Below are positions 62,459 through 64,000 of a stretch of 64,000 nt of DNA, in pieces. The translations under genes and the position numbers were made by a program. This DNA is from Thermoplasmata archaeon (GTDB lineage Archaea > Thermoplasmatota > Thermoplasmata > Thermoplasmatales > ARK-15), in NCBI GenBank assembly GCA_039794005.1, contig JBAMMA010000020.1, positions 1-64,000 of the forward strand, in the 5' to 3' direction. The notes beneath the pieces were generated by a model. That model ran no database searches. It saw only the letters and a program-made list of their open reading frames with translations, and was not told the DNA's origin. Position 1 is the stretch's first letter, and each line of letters starts with the position of its first letter.

Positions 62459-64000
62459 ATGTTGAATAAGGAAAAAGGGATATCATCCATACCGGGGGTA
62501 TTATTAGTTGTTATTATAACAATTGTATTATTTTCAGCCACTTTTATATATGTAGTAAACAATATAAATAATTTTGCCCCTTCTAAACAATCATATTTTT
62601 CGGTTAATATGATATTTCCCTCAGGCACTCAATCCGGGTATTTTAAATTAATCGTTAAAAATGAATATGGAAGCAGTATATCTACAATGAATACTGAATT
62701 TGAAATTCTAATAGTTGAAAAAAATCAGGTAATTTATAAAACACATTTATTATCTGAATTCATACACGATATGTATTGGAATTATGGTCAAAATTTTACT
62801 TATAATTCACAGATGGATTCAATATCCATTCAATTATCAAACAGTACACAGGTATTTGTCGGATTTATAAACCTAAATAATCATAATGTAATATGGTATT
62901 CAAAGATAACAAATGTAATGATTTCTAAACCTCTCTCTCTTTCATCATTTACACCCGTGAATGTTAGTGTAGGAACACCTATTAATTTAATTGCGGATGT
63001 TTATGGTGGGGATCCTCCATATCATTATTATTGGAACGTAACCGGTCCAGGTTACTGGCTTACAGCCCCGTATAATAAATCAACATTGTTGTACCCTTCC
63101 AGCGCTGGAATTTATATTGTAAATTTAACGGTATATGATAGTTTTAATGCAACAAATGTATATGGTCCCACTGGAAACATAATTTATAATTATCAAAATT
63201 ATACACCACCTTCAATACCTCATCCAATACAAAATAATACCACAGTATCAACATATTCAGGTTTCTTTATACCATATCTTTATCCAGATTATGTTGGATA
63301 TCCTGAAGATCTGCAGAAACATGCTAAAATTATTGAAGGATTACAATATGAGGCATTTGGACTCGGCAATGATGGAAGCTTAGTATATTGGGGAGATAGT
63401 GGAGTCACTAAAGTATTAAAAAGCCTTGGAATTCCAGCATACCCAATGATCGTAAATAGTTATAAGATATCAAAAACAATGGCCTTGTTAAATAATCCAA
63501 ATGTTCAGAAACAATTTATAAATTCTGCTATAATGTATGCCCAGCAAAATGGATATGCTGGATATTCAATAGATTTTGAACCACCTAGTAATGGAGATTT
63601 CACAATACAGGATTCACAGAAATTTATAGACTTTTTAAATGAATTTGCAAATGCTTTACATCAATATGGATTAAAACTTATGGTAGCAATTGATCCTGCA
63701 TATAATCGAAATCCAATATCTAATCTTTACTATTATTTCTACCATCCAGATGAAAAAATCATGGTGGATTATGTTGAAATAATGGCTTATGAAGGCCATT
63801 ATTCTGGACCGGCAAGCTTTCAAAGTGCAGTTAATTCTATTGTTTCTGCCACTGGCCAATATCTGTCCTTGAATCAAATAGTTATAATATTATCAACAAC
63901 AAACCCAAACACAAATCGGCCTTTCACAGATCAGGAATTGCAAGAAAGAATTAATTATACAGAGCAGAATAACATTAAAGGTTTATCCGTTTGGTCTTTA
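62459..64000 (+). CDS. Pilin-like protein (class III signal peptide) fused to PKD-like and GH18 chitinase-like domains; truncated by window end; not in the ORF track
   Basis: Frame open from ATG 62459 to 64000: MLNKEKG|ISSIPGVLLVVIITIVLFS; GGDPPYHYYW..G.Y.VNLTV.DS; GYAGYSIDFEP, VDYVEIMAYE, KGLSVWSL. Confidence 0.85.
   Translation, partial: MLNKEKGISSIPGVLLVVIITIVLFSATFIYVVNNINNFAPSKQSYFSVNMIFPSGTQSGYFKLIVKNEYGSSISTMNTEFEILIVEKNQVIYKTHLLSEFIHDMYWNYGQNFTYNSQMDSISIQLSNSTQVFVGFINLNNHNVIWYSKITNVMISKPLSLSSFTPVNVSVGTPINLIADVYGGDPPYHYYWNVTGPGYWLTAPYNKSTLLYPSSAGIYIVNLTVYDSFNATNVYGPTGNIIYNYQNYTPPSIPHPIQNNTTVSTYSGFFIPYLYPDYVGYPEDLQKHAKIIEGLQYEAFGLGNDGSLVYWGDSGVTKVLKSLGIPAYPMIVNSYKISKTMALLNNPNVQKQFINSAIMYAQQNGYAGYSIDFEPPSNGDFTIQDSQKFIDFLNEFANALHQYGLKLMVAIDPAYNRNPISNLYYYFYHPDEKIMVDYVEIMAYEGHYSGPASFQSAVNSIVSATGQYLSLNQIVIILSTTNPNTNRPFTDQELQERINYTEQNNIKGLSVWSL

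Noticed and set aside
1389-63877. Many short ORFs in the track lying antisense or out of frame within long genes (e.g. 8525-8941, 20953-21402, 62428-62628, 63671-63877)
   Set aside because: Shadows of well-supported genes with no motifs; the last two lie opposite the pilin-GH18 gene

Overview
AT-rich archaeal chromosome segment. The archaeal-type ThrRS, ProRS and SAM synthetase, RadA, pelota, Dph2, a Kae1-Bud32 fusion and GGTGA/GGAGG ribosome-binding sites fit Thermoplasmatota (Aciduliprofundum-like); this placement is inferred. Most of the window is housekeeping genes. It also holds tRNA-Lys(CTT) and a box C/D sRNA predicted to guide 16S Cm1402. Two CDSs are missing from the ORF track: a rubredoxin and a right-truncated pilin-like/PKD/GH18 fusion. 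No integrase, transposase or CRISPR array was seen. The most notable items are: (i) a Cys-free CysD-like enzyme, a Thr-type sulfatase-fold protein and a GT4, followed by DsrE-like and TauE genes (candidate glycan sulfation module); (ii) a class III signal-peptide pilin-like protein fused to PKD and GH18 domains; (iii) an RHH regulator coupled to a truncated FtsZ-like GTPase lacking the T7 loop and C-terminal domain, preceded by phased repeats; (iv) a B12 mutase operon with isobutyryl-CoA-mutase specificity residues; (v) an oxygen-defence gene string that embeds a 2-oxoacid:ferredoxin oxidoreductase and a degenerate DPS-like protein. All calls come from manual motif recognition; no database searches were run.
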